DNA from: Planctomycetota bacterium
GTDB lineage: Bacteria > Planctomycetota > UBA1135
Reading direction: 5' to 3'
NCBI GenBank assembly: GCA_026421205.1
Contig: JAPKBM010000008.1
Coordinates: 4,055 to 68,054 of the forward strand
Length of the DNA stretch: 64,000 nt
In this document: piece after piece, positions 8,789 through 17,690 of the stretch
Layout: each line of letters starts with the position of its first letter
Position numbering within the stretch: the stretch's first letter is position 1
The notes under the pieces: generated by a model
The model's input: the letters and a program-made list of their open reading frames with translations, nothing else
Database searches by the model: none
Told to the model about the DNA's origin: nothing
Program-made: the position numbers and the translations under genes

Positions 8789-11589
8789 GGAGCCACCACC
8801 TCTTCGCCCTGCGCGAAGACATGCAAAATACGTGTGGACAATGCAAAGGGGGTTCCACTATGCACCACGACATCGGCATCCATTCCCGAAGTCAAACTCC
8901 CGACTTGATGCGAAAGCCCCAACATGGTGGCCGCACCGTAAGTCACGGATTGCAAGGCAACCTCAACACCCAATCCGTGGCGCACTGCCATAGCTAAGAC
9001 TTCCGGTAAGGAACCAGCCTGCGTCTCCCACGATTGACTTTGAATTGCTGTGGGAATCCCGTGTTGATGAAAAACTGCCGCAGGAACATAGTCCACGTTT
9101 TCCTTTCTCTGGATCAAGTCTGAGTCCACAACAACGCCCGCTTGGAATTCCTTCAGAAGAGCAATGGCTTCTATTGTGGGCGAAAGACCTTCTAGATGCA
9201 CCGGGATTTTCTCACGCGCGAAATTTTGCAAGACCGTCCGCGCCTCATCCACACGAGAAACACGAACGACAGCGACCCCTCGGCCTTCTAATAAAGCGCG
9301 CATCCCTTCAAGTCGTGGGTCTTTCTCCGGCTCAGCAGGGCCGTCCTCTTTCTTCTTCCGCTTTTTCCGAACCGGCGCGGCACTAGCCTCTTCGATCTCC
9401 GTGCGATTCATTTCAAAATCTACCGCACCAATTCCCTCGAGTTCCACGTGAACCGCCATGTGATCAGGGCCATCAATTTCCCCGCGGATTACTACATCCC
9501 CCATTTCCGTTGGAATGGAAAAAGTAATCGTCTTGGAGGCTGCATCCCATTCCCCCTCTAGCTCAGCTTCCTCTTCGTCCGGGGCCATCGGAGAACTAAA
9601 TACACCAATCACTGTATTGCCGTCATGGTAAAGCCTCGCGGTTAAAGGCACCGGCTCCGGGATCATTTCATGCTCAATGACACCCTCCCAAACTCCATTC
9701 AAGGGGTCCGTGTCCTTCTCCTCTTTCTCCTCCACGTCCTCTTCCACCACATCTTCCTTTTCGTCTACATTTTTTTCCGGGGCTGCGCCCTGAGCAAGTC
9801 GTTTTCGTAAATCATTCTCTTCCTGCCGACGGGTGTCCAAAGTTTTTTGAGCGTTTTCCTTTTCCCACTTGGCGCGCTCATCACGCCACTTGGTCCACTT
9901 TTCTGCATACTTTTTACCGCGCTTCAAAGAAGATTGCACTTTCTCCGCCAGGTCCGCCCGATTGGTCCGACCATAATCAAAGCGAACCACGTGATGGTCC
10001 TTCACCCAGGCATCCTTTGGCAAAACTGCGCCCGTCTTGACGGCAAAGTACTGAGCACCCGTGTCTAAACCACGAGAAGGGCCAACCACGGCCGTCGTCA
10101 CTCCGCCAGCTGCCATAGTACGCCATGCAGTATGAAAACGTGCGTTGACTCCAAGTAAGCCCAATAGCGCAGAAGGGTCTGCACTACTTCCAACCTTGTA
10201 ATGATTGCCTGCATCTACAAAGCCCGGAGTCATATGGGCGTCAGAACCAGCATCTCTTACTTCGGCACCGGCAGGATGAGGCACGACCTTTCCTGCAGCC
10301 ACAATCTTCCCATTTTGAATCAGGACTTCCGCACCACCCGTGATGGGCGCCCCCAAGCCGGTCCATAAAGTACCCGCACGAAGAACCGTGCCTCCTTTCA
10401 TGCGTTCCGGCCGTTGCCAAACAGATTGTCCATCAATGAAAACACGATGCACGCTATTTGCTGAATCGAGCAGGGCACCATCCATCACAACAAAGTCGGC
10501 ATCCTGACCAGGAAGCAAAGTCCCTACCGAATTTTGTACGCCAAGGACGCGTGCTGCACGAGAAGTGATTCGATTCAAAACAGTCGCCTCAGACTTTTCA
10601 TTCCTTGGTGACCTCAAACTTGCCAAGGAAGCTTCCCACAACCAAGTCCACCGTGCGGCGGAACCAGGAACCACAACATCCCCGAGATAAGGCAGGGAGT
10701 CATCCCCTCGAGAAGAAGGAGGACCAAAACTCATCCTAAGCGGGGTTTGCACAATGAGAGAGGTGACTTCGGCGGGCAAAGGAAGAGTAGAATCCAAGTC
10801 CTTTGATGTTTCTAAAATCAACGGCATGCCCCACTCCTTAGCAAGGTCCGTAGCAACCCGGATTCCGGCAACGCTATCCACAACGATGCGCAAGGAAGCC
10901 TTCGTTCGAATGGCTTCTGCAAAGGCCATGGAATGAGGGTCCGTGGCCCCCGAAAGAGCCAATTGCGCACTTTCCCTTAGGGCCATCGCCGCGCCCGCCA
11001 AAGAGTCGGCGGCTTGAGGCGTAGCAGGACGGATCGGGTTTTCCGATGTCGGCGGTACCGGTGGGCGGAAGAAAGAGGGGGGCGAGAAAGCGGAACTTTC
11101 TAAGGAAACCCGCAAATCGCTCGTTTTTCGGAGTACGCGTCGAGAGCCCGCCGTTTTCACAACGGCACCCCGCCCGCCCACCAAGCGATTTCTATCAGGA
11201 GAAAGGTAAACCGTGGTGATGCCTCTCTCCAATGCCTTGTTGAGGTCTTCAAAGGGAGAATAGTCATCCCATGCCCGCCGGTGCGCGCCCAAAGCGTGAT
11301 CCCCTTGATTCCCCGCACCGGTCAACGGCGCATCTGCGGCAATCAAACCAGGAATGACAATCTTTTCCCCAAAGTCCACGACTTCAACAAAAGGAGGGAG
11401 TGCTTCTTCGTCTTCGACCCCGCCAACTACCTTGCCATCTTGGACAAGAAGCCAACCGTTTTCTAAAACGCCCCCCCCATAAAGGTGGATCTCTTTGGCA
11501 TGGAAAGCCACCAAGTCTTCTTGCGCCTGTGCCGACGTCATCGGCACGGTAGAAAGAAGTGCAGCCAGAAAAGGAAAGCTCATTTTCAT
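8785..11589 (-). CDS. secreted double amidohydrolase-fold protein, paralog 5 of 9 (two modules, HxH lost in both; charged and beta-rich inserts)
   Basis: Signal MKMSFPFLAALLSTVPMTSAQA. Module 1 has PGLIAADAP...GTLLPGQDADFVVMDGALLD. Module 2 has NGKIVAAG...TPGFVDAGNHY...GSLTSGMDADVVVHSGTPF. A K/E/W-rich insert and an extra domain lie between them. Confidence 0.75.
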   Translation of the reverse strand: MKMSFPFLAALLSTVPMTSAQAQEDLVAFHAKEIHLYGGGVLENGWLLVQDGKVVGGVEDEEALPPFVEVVDFGEKIVIPGLIAADAPLTGAGNQGDHALGAHRRAWDDYSPFEDLNKALERGITTVYLSPDRNRLVGGRGAVVKTAGSRRVLRKTSDLRVSLESSAFSPPSFFRPPVPPTSENPIRPATPQAADSLAGAAMALRESAQLALSGATDPHSMAFAEAIRTKASLRIVVDSVAGIRVATDLAKEWGMPLILETSKDLDSTLPLPAEVTSLIVQTPLRMSFGPPSSRGDDSLPYLGDVVVPGSAARWTWLWEASLASLRSPRNEKSEATVLNRITSRAARVLGVQNSVGTLLPGQDADFVVMDGALLDSANSVHRVFIDGQSVWQRPERMKGGTVLRAGTLWTGLGAPITGGAEVLIQNGKIVAAGKVVPHPAGAEVRDAGSDAHMTPGFVDAGNHYKVGSSADPSALLGLLGVNARFHTAWRTMAAGGVTTAVVGPSRGLDTGAQYFAVKTGAVLPKDAWVKDHHVVRFDYGRTNRADLAEKVQSSLKRGKKYAEKWTKWRDERAKWEKENAQKTLDTRRQEENDLRKRLAQGAAPEKNVDEKEDVVEEDVEEKEEKDTDPLNGVWEGVIEHEMIPEPVPLTARLYHDGNTVIGVFSSPMAPDEEEAELEGEWDAASKTITFSIPTEMGDVVIRGEIDGPDHMAVHVELEGIGAVDFEMNRTEIEEASAAPVRKKRKKKEDGPAEPEKDPRLEGMRALLEGRGVAVVRVSRVDEARTVLQNFAREKIPVHLEGLSPTIEAIALLKEFQAGVVVDSDLIQRKENVDYVPAAVFHQHGIPTAIQSQSWETQAGSLPEVLAMAVRHGLGVEVALQSVTYGAATMLGLSHQVGSLTSGMDADVVVHSGTPFALSTRILHVFAQGEEVVAP

Positions 11590-12962
11590 CGGCTCTGCCC
11601 CTTAAGAAGACGTTGCAAACGCTCGTCGGTATTTCGATCGTAGGCCTTGGAACCTCGAATCCAAACTTGCAGTACTTTACTTTGAATATCAAGGGGATCT
11701 CCGTCCATCAAAACAAAAGTTCCGTCCGCATTGACCTTTAAGGCGCCCACTTGATCTTCCATACCCCACATGGCGGCGGGGTTGGTGGTGACGGCTGCCA
11801 GAGCAGCTGCGCGCGGCAGGCCCTCTCGGATGCATGTCGCTGCTTGATAACCTAAGCGGTGTGGCCCCATCCTGCTCTTTTCACTTCCTAATGAGAAGGC
11901 GAGACCTGCTTCATGGAAAACTGTGGGAACGAACGTCCGTACTTCTTCCCAAGTCACGGGGTCTCGTTCCACATGCCACATACTCCCCGTCAGGGTGACA
12001 GGACGACCAGATTCCATGAGGAGGTCGGCGGCCTTCCATGCGGATGCAGTCACGACAAAAATAATGTGGTCTAATAAACCCAAGTCCTCAGCCCATGTTT
12101 TACCGTGAAAAACATCCGTCGCCGTAGGACACCAAAGCCAAAGGCGTTCATCCCCATTGAGTATGTCAACGAGCCCACGTTGGGTTTCATCCACGTCCTC
12201 TTCCGACAACAAGTCTTTTCCTGGAAAGTCCTCGCCGAAGCGGACATAGCCGCCCGAAGAATCCCACATGTCCCCATCTTCTTCGGAATCCTCCCCCGCT
12301 TCATCTGCTTTGAGGGCGTCAGCCTTGACGGCACCATGATGCAAGATATCTTGAGCCTTCGTACGGAGGTCACGATTCAATTTGCTCACGGCTTCTCTCA
12401 ACTCCGCCATCTGCGCACTTCGGCTCCAACCGGATTTCGGACCAATGGCGATTTTCATTCCCATGGAATCATCCAAAGTCATCGCTTCCATGGTCATTCC
12501 AGCCGGAGCTACAACACGACCACGGCCGCCAATCACACAGTTTGCACCTGGAATAATTCCAAGAGCCGTTGTTCCCAAACGAAGCTCATCTTCGAAAAAG
12601 TAAGAAACCGGGTCAATCGAATCTTTCACATCAAGAAACGGCGCTACGGGAACATTTTCGTTGGCTCTGTCCAAACCGCCTGAGGTATGCGTTTCTGCGA
12701 ACCCTGGAAAAAGGGTGGCATCGGGATACTCCTTTAATAAAACATCAAAAGGAATTTCCAGGTCTGCACCGCCAATTGCGGTGATTCGGCCCTGCTCCAC
12801 GACAACGGTCCCAGGAGAATGCGTAGAGCCGTCCATGGTGATGAGGGTGCCGACGCGGAAAGCAACCGACCCCTCTTGCGCGGAACTAAATCCGGTCAGA
12901 GAAAGGAGAAGAACAGGAAAAAGAAGGAAGGAAGAGCGCATTTTTTGATGTTGAGCTGACAT
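11586..12962 (-). CDS. secreted amidohydrolase-fold paralog 4 of 9 (HxH degenerate: ETHTS)
   Basis: Signal SSFLLFPVLLLSLTGFSSAQ, then QGRITAIG...FPGFAETHTSGG, an acidic insert (DEAGEDSEEDGD), and C-terminal GALKVNADGTFVLMDGDPLD. TAATG overlap upstream. Confidence 0.75.
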   Translation of the reverse strand: MSAQHQKMRSSFLLFPVLLLSLTGFSSAQEGSVAFRVGTLITMDGSTHSPGTVVVEQGRITAIGGADLEIPFDVLLKEYPDATLFPGFAETHTSGGLDRANENVPVAPFLDVKDSIDPVSYFFEDELRLGTTALGIIPGANCVIGGRGRVVAPAGMTMEAMTLDDSMGMKIAIGPKSGWSRSAQMAELREAVSKLNRDLRTKAQDILHHGAVKADALKADEAGEDSEEDGDMWDSSGGYVRFGEDFPGKDLLSEEDVDETQRGLVDILNGDERLWLWCPTATDVFHGKTWAEDLGLLDHIIFVVTASAWKAADLLMESGRPVTLTGSMWHVERDPVTWEEVRTFVPTVFHEAGLAFSLGSEKSRMGPHRLGYQAATCIREGLPRAAALAAVTTNPAAMWGMEDQVGALKVNADGTFVLMDGDPLDIQSKVLQVWIRGSKAYDRNTDERLQRLLKGQSR

Positions 12963-14407
12963 TAACGAAGGTCAGCCGCAAGACGGCCGTCCACGAAGAC
13001 AAGGAGAGGACGAGAAGTTCCGACAAGAGGGTTGCCTGACCAAAGAACAAGGTCGGCATCAAAACCGGCAGCCACTTGGCCGACGTGTTTCGCTTGGCCA
13101 CACAGCATTGCCGCCTTGGAGGTCACCATGACGAGGGCTTGTTCTGGACTGAGTCCCCACTGCACTGCTGTGCGTGCCTGGTGAATTAGACTCGCTTCCG
13201 AAAGTGCGGAATCGTGGGCTTCGGCAGAGCCAATGGCACAAGAAACACCCGCTTTCCAAAGGAGTGCCGGTGTAGCCGGCGTAGCTTTTTCACCTTCCGC
13301 TTGGCGACCAAATGTAGAGCCGGCAGCAGCGTCATAACGCGGGGTTGTCGTTGCCAAAAGTAGATCCTGTGCAAAACCCGTGATTTTCACGACATGCGCA
13401 TCGGGCGCGTGATCTTCATGCCCCGGCTCCTCGAGGCCCTCACAACAAACCGCAGGGGGATTCGCTAGCAAACGAAGCTCAGCTAACGTAGGACCAGTGG
13501 CCACTGCGCGGGAAACTTCATCATAGGCGGGACCCACAACGACCGGAACACCCGCAGCAGCAAGAAGTTCTTTTGCGCGCCAAGATTCACTCCCTTCTTC
13601 AATAATCATGTGAGGAATTTGAAACTCATCCTTAAGCCGAAGCGCTGTTTGCACATCGTTATTACGACGAGCCTGAATGCGTAAAGGCAAGCGGCCGTCC
13701 AAGACCTGAAGCATGATGTCTAAATCTGCGTTGGCGTCGGCCAAACCGTTCCCCCGCTCCTCTTTATAAGAAAGTGCGCGGTAGAACTGCCGACGAATTT
13801 CCCAAACCGTCCCCATACGCGTTGTTGGACGCCTAGAACGAAAATCAGATGGCTTCCCCCAAGGGGAGTGATTGCCTTTTGAAGCATCCAATCCCAAAGA
13901 GATCTTTAAAGCTGCGGCAGCATTCACAACTTTGGCAGCTGACAATGCTGGGCGATAGAGATTGAACGGGTCCCCTCCTGATGTTTTCACAAAAGCCGCA
14001 AGCCCTCCGAAAACGTTGGTGGAGTCCGGAGACAGAAATGCAGACGTCACTCCATTTTCAACCGCGTGAAGAAACCCCGATGCGTCGAGGTCGGCGGTCA
14101 AGGACAGCGCATGCGCCGCGCCACTCTCTTTCGTTTCATCCACGGTGTAACCCGCAGTGTGCACTCCTAAAAAAGAGTAAGCGTCCACAAGTCCGGGAGT
14201 CAGATGTGCTTCGGGAAGGTAGTACGTGCCTTCCGGTTGTTGAGCATCTTTGGAAAACCCATGCGACACGCCCTCCGTCACGGATTGAATCTTCCCGTTC
14301 TCAAGCGAGACCACCGCATGGCTAAGAACTTGTCCATTACCAAGGTGTAAAGTATCTGCAAGGATGGTGATGTCTTGAACGAAAAGCGGAAGAAGCAGAG
14401 CAAACAT
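12962..14407 (-). CDS. secreted amidohydrolase-fold paralog 3 of 9 (HxH lost)
   Basis: The start is taken at ATG 14407 (MFALLLPLFVQ), which overlaps the upstream TAA by 1 nt. The track ORF runs to 14713 through the upstream gene. Motifs are NGKIQSV...TPGLVDAYSF and C-terminal GQVAAGFDADLVLWSGNPL. Confidence 0.7.
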   Translation of the reverse strand: MFALLLPLFVQDITILADTLHLGNGQVLSHAVVSLENGKIQSVTEGVSHGFSKDAQQPEGTYYLPEAHLTPGLVDAYSFLGVHTAGYTVDETKESGAAHALSLTADLDASGFLHAVENGVTSAFLSPDSTNVFGGLAAFVKTSGGDPFNLYRPALSAAKVVNAAAALKISLGLDASKGNHSPWGKPSDFRSRRPTTRMGTVWEIRRQFYRALSYKEERGNGLADANADLDIMLQVLDGRLPLRIQARRNNDVQTALRLKDEFQIPHMIIEEGSESWRAKELLAAAGVPVVVGPAYDEVSRAVATGPTLAELRLLANPPAVCCEGLEEPGHEDHAPDAHVVKITGFAQDLLLATTTPRYDAAAGSTFGRQAEGEKATPATPALLWKAGVSCAIGSAEAHDSALSEASLIHQARTAVQWGLSPEQALVMVTSKAAMLCGQAKHVGQVAAGFDADLVLWSGNPLVGTSRPLLVFVDGRLAADLR

Positions 14408-15459
14408 TATTTTTCCTCCAAGGGGTTCGCACGATAAACCGTCATTCCTGAGACCATGGTGGCCTTCAGTCTTGATGTGGCATCGAGGGGATGACCGGAC
14501 CAAAGAACCAAATCCGCATAAGCACCTGGAGCAATGACCCCAATGCCCGAAGCCCCTACAAGGGCCGCGGCATGTGTGGTGATGGATTGCATCGCAAAGG
14601 CCGGATTTTTTGTGGCGCGGGACAATTTCATGGCAGCAAGTCGCAACGTAAGTGGAGAACCTTGTGCAGTGCCAAATGCAAATTGAATGTTTGCCTTCTT
14701 GAGCCGACGCCATGTTTCTGCGGTGCGAGCGTCAAGAAAACTAAAGGCTGTGGGTAGTCCGACGAGTTGGTTCGCCAAGGCACCTCCAAAATCAAAAATA
14801 CCATCCATGGCTACAAAATGATGCGCATGGTCATCTTGCAAGGAACGCCAGCCTTGCAGTGCTTCCCCCGTGTCAATGAAATTTAAAAAATGAGTGCTCT
14901 TTGGTATTACGGGCAATTCCTTTTGGAGAATCTCCAGAGCTCCCGGCAAACTATCCGGACCCAATCGACGATCTGCGACACGATCTGGTAACAAAGACAA
15001 GGAAGCGCGAGACTGCTTGACTCGGGCCTCTGACTGACCACTTCCCCAAAGAGAGCCCCAGCCGGACAAAACATTCGTCGGCCTAGGCATCAGGTGGAAA
15101 CTGGTGACCCCCGCACTAAGACGGTCTTCATCAAGGTCCCTTGCCTCCAGAGAGCGGGCGTCGGCGGTGCGCAACGAAGAAGTCACGGGGCGATAATCTT
15201 CACGAGGGCCAAGGAAAGCGAATGCATCTACGAAACCGGGCGACAAAACGCCGGAAAGTTCTGCAATGCGGATGCCGTCGGGCAATTCAAGGTCAGCACC
15301 CACTTGGATAATGCGGTCACCTTGGATGAGCACCTCTTGTCCTTCGAGCAAGGTGCCATCAGGTTGAATGATTGCGGTTGGCCGCAACAACCATGGGCTG
15401 GGACGAGGCGTATCTTGTAAGAAAATCGCCGCGGGAAAAAGAAGAAGAGAAAGGAGCAT
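14407..15459 (-). CDS. secreted amidohydrolase-fold paralog 2 of 9 (HxH lost)
   Basis: The start is taken at ATG 15459 (MLLSLLLFPAAIFLQ), 4 nt after the upstream stop. The track ORF extends to 15645. Motifs are GDRIIQVG...SPGFVDAFAF and C-terminal GVIAPGAYADLVLWSGHPLD. Confidence 0.7.
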   Translation of the reverse strand: MLLSLLLFPAAIFLQDTPRPSPWLLRPTAIIQPDGTLLEGQEVLIQGDRIIQVGADLELPDGIRIAELSGVLSPGFVDAFAFLGPREDYRPVTSSLRTADARSLEARDLDEDRLSAGVTSFHLMPRPTNVLSGWGSLWGSGQSEARVKQSRASLSLLPDRVADRRLGPDSLPGALEILQKELPVIPKSTHFLNFIDTGEALQGWRSLQDDHAHHFVAMDGIFDFGGALANQLVGLPTAFSFLDARTAETWRRLKKANIQFAFGTAQGSPLTLRLAAMKLSRATKNPAFAMQSITTHAAALVGASGIGVIAPGAYADLVLWSGHPLDATSRLKATMVSGMTVYRANPLEEK

Positions 15460-15463
15460 TGGA

Positions 15464-16846
15464 TTAACGGGGTTTGTGCGCACGCACGGCGGCCGAGGCA
15501 TCGAAAGGCGAGGCCCCTTCAAAGAGAAGGAGAGACCCGCTTTGGCCAACACGCACGCGGCCGAAATCTTCTGAAAGGCGCAGAATGCCAGCAGGAATGG
15601 TGGTGAGCGCACTCCACACTTCTTCAGAATCCGCGCCCTGCGCAATTAACTGACCTGCCATGAAAAGCAAATCTTTGTGGAGGCCACCGCTACTGAGGGC
15701 CACGGTGACCCCGTGATCTTCCAGAGTCATCCAGCGAGACAGCATGTCCTGCTCTGGGAAGCTTCGGCTCTCATCTGTGGACAGAGATAGAACAACGGGG
15801 ATTTGCGCGTCGGCGAGTTCGGACGCCAATTGATGAGCATCGTCACCCCCCACCAGGAACAGGCTCAGGCCAAACTCTTTCTTCAAAGCGATGGCCTCTT
15901 GAATGGCCAAGAAACTTTGAGCCTCCAGCCGCACGAGAGACTTGCCGTCCATCGCAGCAAGCACATCATCTCGGGCCGACTTGTTTTGCGGCTTTTTAGG
16001 CGGTTTTGGGCGAGTGGGAAGCTTCTCCTCTTTTTTACCCTTTGACTCCTGGCCAGCTGTTGACTCCTTTTTTCCTTCCTCCTTTTTATCCAAATACTCT
16101 TGGAGTTCCTTTTCGTACTTTTCTAATTTCTCATTGTACTTTTCCAACTTCCCATCGTATTCATCCCACGAGTCTCGCCAAGCTTGCGCATCAGAGAAAA
16201 TCTCGCGAAAACCTTCCGCCGTAGCGTGCACGCTTACGGCATCGCCAGGCAAAGATAACTCCAAAACCTCGGCGCCCTCCGCATGAAGAAGATTCTGCAC
16301 ATTGAAAGATGCGCTGACACCCAACCCGCGTTGCATTCCACCCGAAGAAAAGGAAAGGTAGGTCAAAGCGACACCGGCATCACGAACCCCAAGGATTTGC
16401 GAAACTAATTGCTGATCTCGTGCGTCGGCCGTGCCCAGCAAAAGATTGTCTTTCATCCGACGGGAACTGACTGCATGCCGATCTCCCCCTTGAAGGTCCT
16501 TGCCCAAGCCGGACCACAAGTCCACCATGCCCGCAGCTAGAGTTCCGGACACTTTAAGGATTCTTGGCGTAGATCCACCCATCCCAAACATTCCTTTTTT
16601 CTCCTCAGGGGCACGCTGAGAAACACGGGTAATGACCCCCTTGGTCAGCGTGACGTAGGCCGGAGAAATCTGTTGGCCGGGCGCAATCCATGCGGCGTCG
16701 GCATGAATGGTGTAACTCCTTTGGTAGCCTGCGTCCTGGAAATCCTGGGCGGAAAGCGGGGACGCAAACAGAAGGAGGGAGAGAAGAGCGGTAAGACGGG
16801 GGGGAGGGTTGAAGCGCAAGTGGTGCTTGGGGGGATTGGGGGTCAT
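15464..16846 (-). CDS. secreted amidohydrolase-fold paralog 1 of 9 (HxH lost; K/E-rich insert)
   Basis: ATG at 16846 (MTPNPPKHH...LTALLSLLLFASPLSAQ); an alternative GTG lies at 16864. It has KGVITRV...AAGMVDLWSG, the K/E-rich insert AQAWRDSWDEYDGKLEKYNEKLEKYEKEL, and a C-terminal GRVRVGQSGSLLLFEG strand. Confidence 0.65.
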   Translation of the reverse strand: MTPNPPKHHLRFNPPPRLTALLSLLLFASPLSAQDFQDAGYQRSYTIHADAAWIAPGQQISPAYVTLTKGVITRVSQRAPEEKKGMFGMGGSTPRILKVSGTLAAGMVDLWSGLGKDLQGGDRHAVSSRRMKDNLLLGTADARDQQLVSQILGVRDAGVALTYLSFSSGGMQRGLGVSASFNVQNLLHAEGAEVLELSLPGDAVSVHATAEGFREIFSDAQAWRDSWDEYDGKLEKYNEKLEKYEKELQEYLDKKEEGKKESTAGQESKGKKEEKLPTRPKPPKKPQNKSARDDVLAAMDGKSLVRLEAQSFLAIQEAIALKKEFGLSLFLVGGDDAHQLASELADAQIPVVLSLSTDESRSFPEQDMLSRWMTLEDHGVTVALSSGGLHKDLLFMAGQLIAQGADSEEVWSALTTIPAGILRLSEDFGRVRVGQSGSLLLFEGASPFDASAAVRAHKPR

Positions 16847-16898
16847 GCAATTTACGAAGGACACCCCTCTGTGTTCGACTCTTTTCTAGACTAACCCC

Positions 16899-17690
16899 AT
16901 GAGTTTGGCAGAAACTGCTGTCCACCCCACCGCCGTGATTTACCCAGGGGCCGAGTTGGGCCAAGGGGTTGAAGTGGGTCCCTATTGCATTGTGGAGTCC
17001 GGCGCAGAGATCGCCGATGGGTGCCGCCTTTTGCCACATGCTCAGGTTCTTGGCCGGGTTATTATGGGGGAGAATTGTGTGGTTGGTAGTAGTTCGGTTA
17101 TTGGAGGTGAACCGCAGGACACAAGTTACGGCGGGGAACGGACAAAAGTGATCCTAGGAAAAGATTGTCGCCTTTATGATCATGTGACCGTCCATCGAGC
17201 CACCGGTGAGGGGGAAACACGCTTAGGTGAAGGTGTTTTGATGATGGCAGGAAGCCATATCGGCCATAATGCTTCCGTGGAACAAGGTGTTGTCCTTGTA
17301 AACAGTGCTGCTGTCGGGGGTCATGCCACCGTCGGTGAAAAAGCTTTGCTTTCACAGGGCTCCGCCATTCACCAATTTGGAGTCGTCGGCCGTCTGAGTC
17401 TCTTAGGAGGGGCCTGCATGGCCACGAAAGACGTCCCTCCCTTTTCCGTGGTCACCGGTTCCTACCCTGTTCGTTGGCGGGGCGTGAATACCATCGGTCT
17501 GAAACGGGCTGGGATTTCATCAGAAGACCGCACCGCCATTCGTCGCGTGCTCCATGCCATTTTTCACAAAGGCGAAAGTACGCCGAAAGTAGCCCGCGAC
17601 TACCTCGACGACCCCTGCACGCTGGTGGCGGAACTCGCCACCTTCATCCTCAACACCCCCCGCGGGATTTGCGCAGGACCAAGATCATGA
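16899..17690 (+). CDS. lpxA: UDP-N-acetylglucosamine O-acyltransferase
   Basis: Left-handed beta-helix hexapeptide repeats plus a C-terminal helical domain: VHPTAVIYPGAELGQGVEVGPYCIV...GSHIGHNASV...VNTIGLKRAG. Confidence 0.85.
   Translation: MSLAETAVHPTAVIYPGAELGQGVEVGPYCIVESGAEIADGCRLLPHAQVLGRVIMGENCVVGSSSVIGGEPQDTSYGGERTKVILGKDCRLYDHVTVHRATGEGETRLGEGVLMMAGSHIGHNASVEQGVVLVNSAAVGGHATVGEKALLSQGSAIHQFGVVGRLSLLGGACMATKDVPPFSVVTGSYPVRWRGVNTIGLKRAGISSEDRTAIRRVLHAIFHKGESTPKVARDYLDDPCTLVAELATFILNTPRGICAGPRS

Noticed and set aside
11471-11478. The G8/C8 homopolymer in the 934-aa amidohydrolase gene (and the G7 run at 3566-3572 in the Bcp-like gene) as phase-variation switches
   Set aside because: By a rough estimate, a few 8-nt G/C runs are expected by chance in 64 kb at this GC content. 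They encode in-frame Gly/Pro runs, and there is no evidence of alternative frames.
12962-14713. Long N-terminal extensions of track ORFs (also 14407..15645, 17474..19645, 24032..25258, 34416..35603, 38086..39000, 56578..57495, 52666..53262 and 46615..48336)
   Set aside because: The extensions run through the upstream gene and are Arg/Cys/His-rich. In every case an internal ATG sits exactly at an ATGA or TAATG junction, or gives the family-typical N-terminus or signal peptide.
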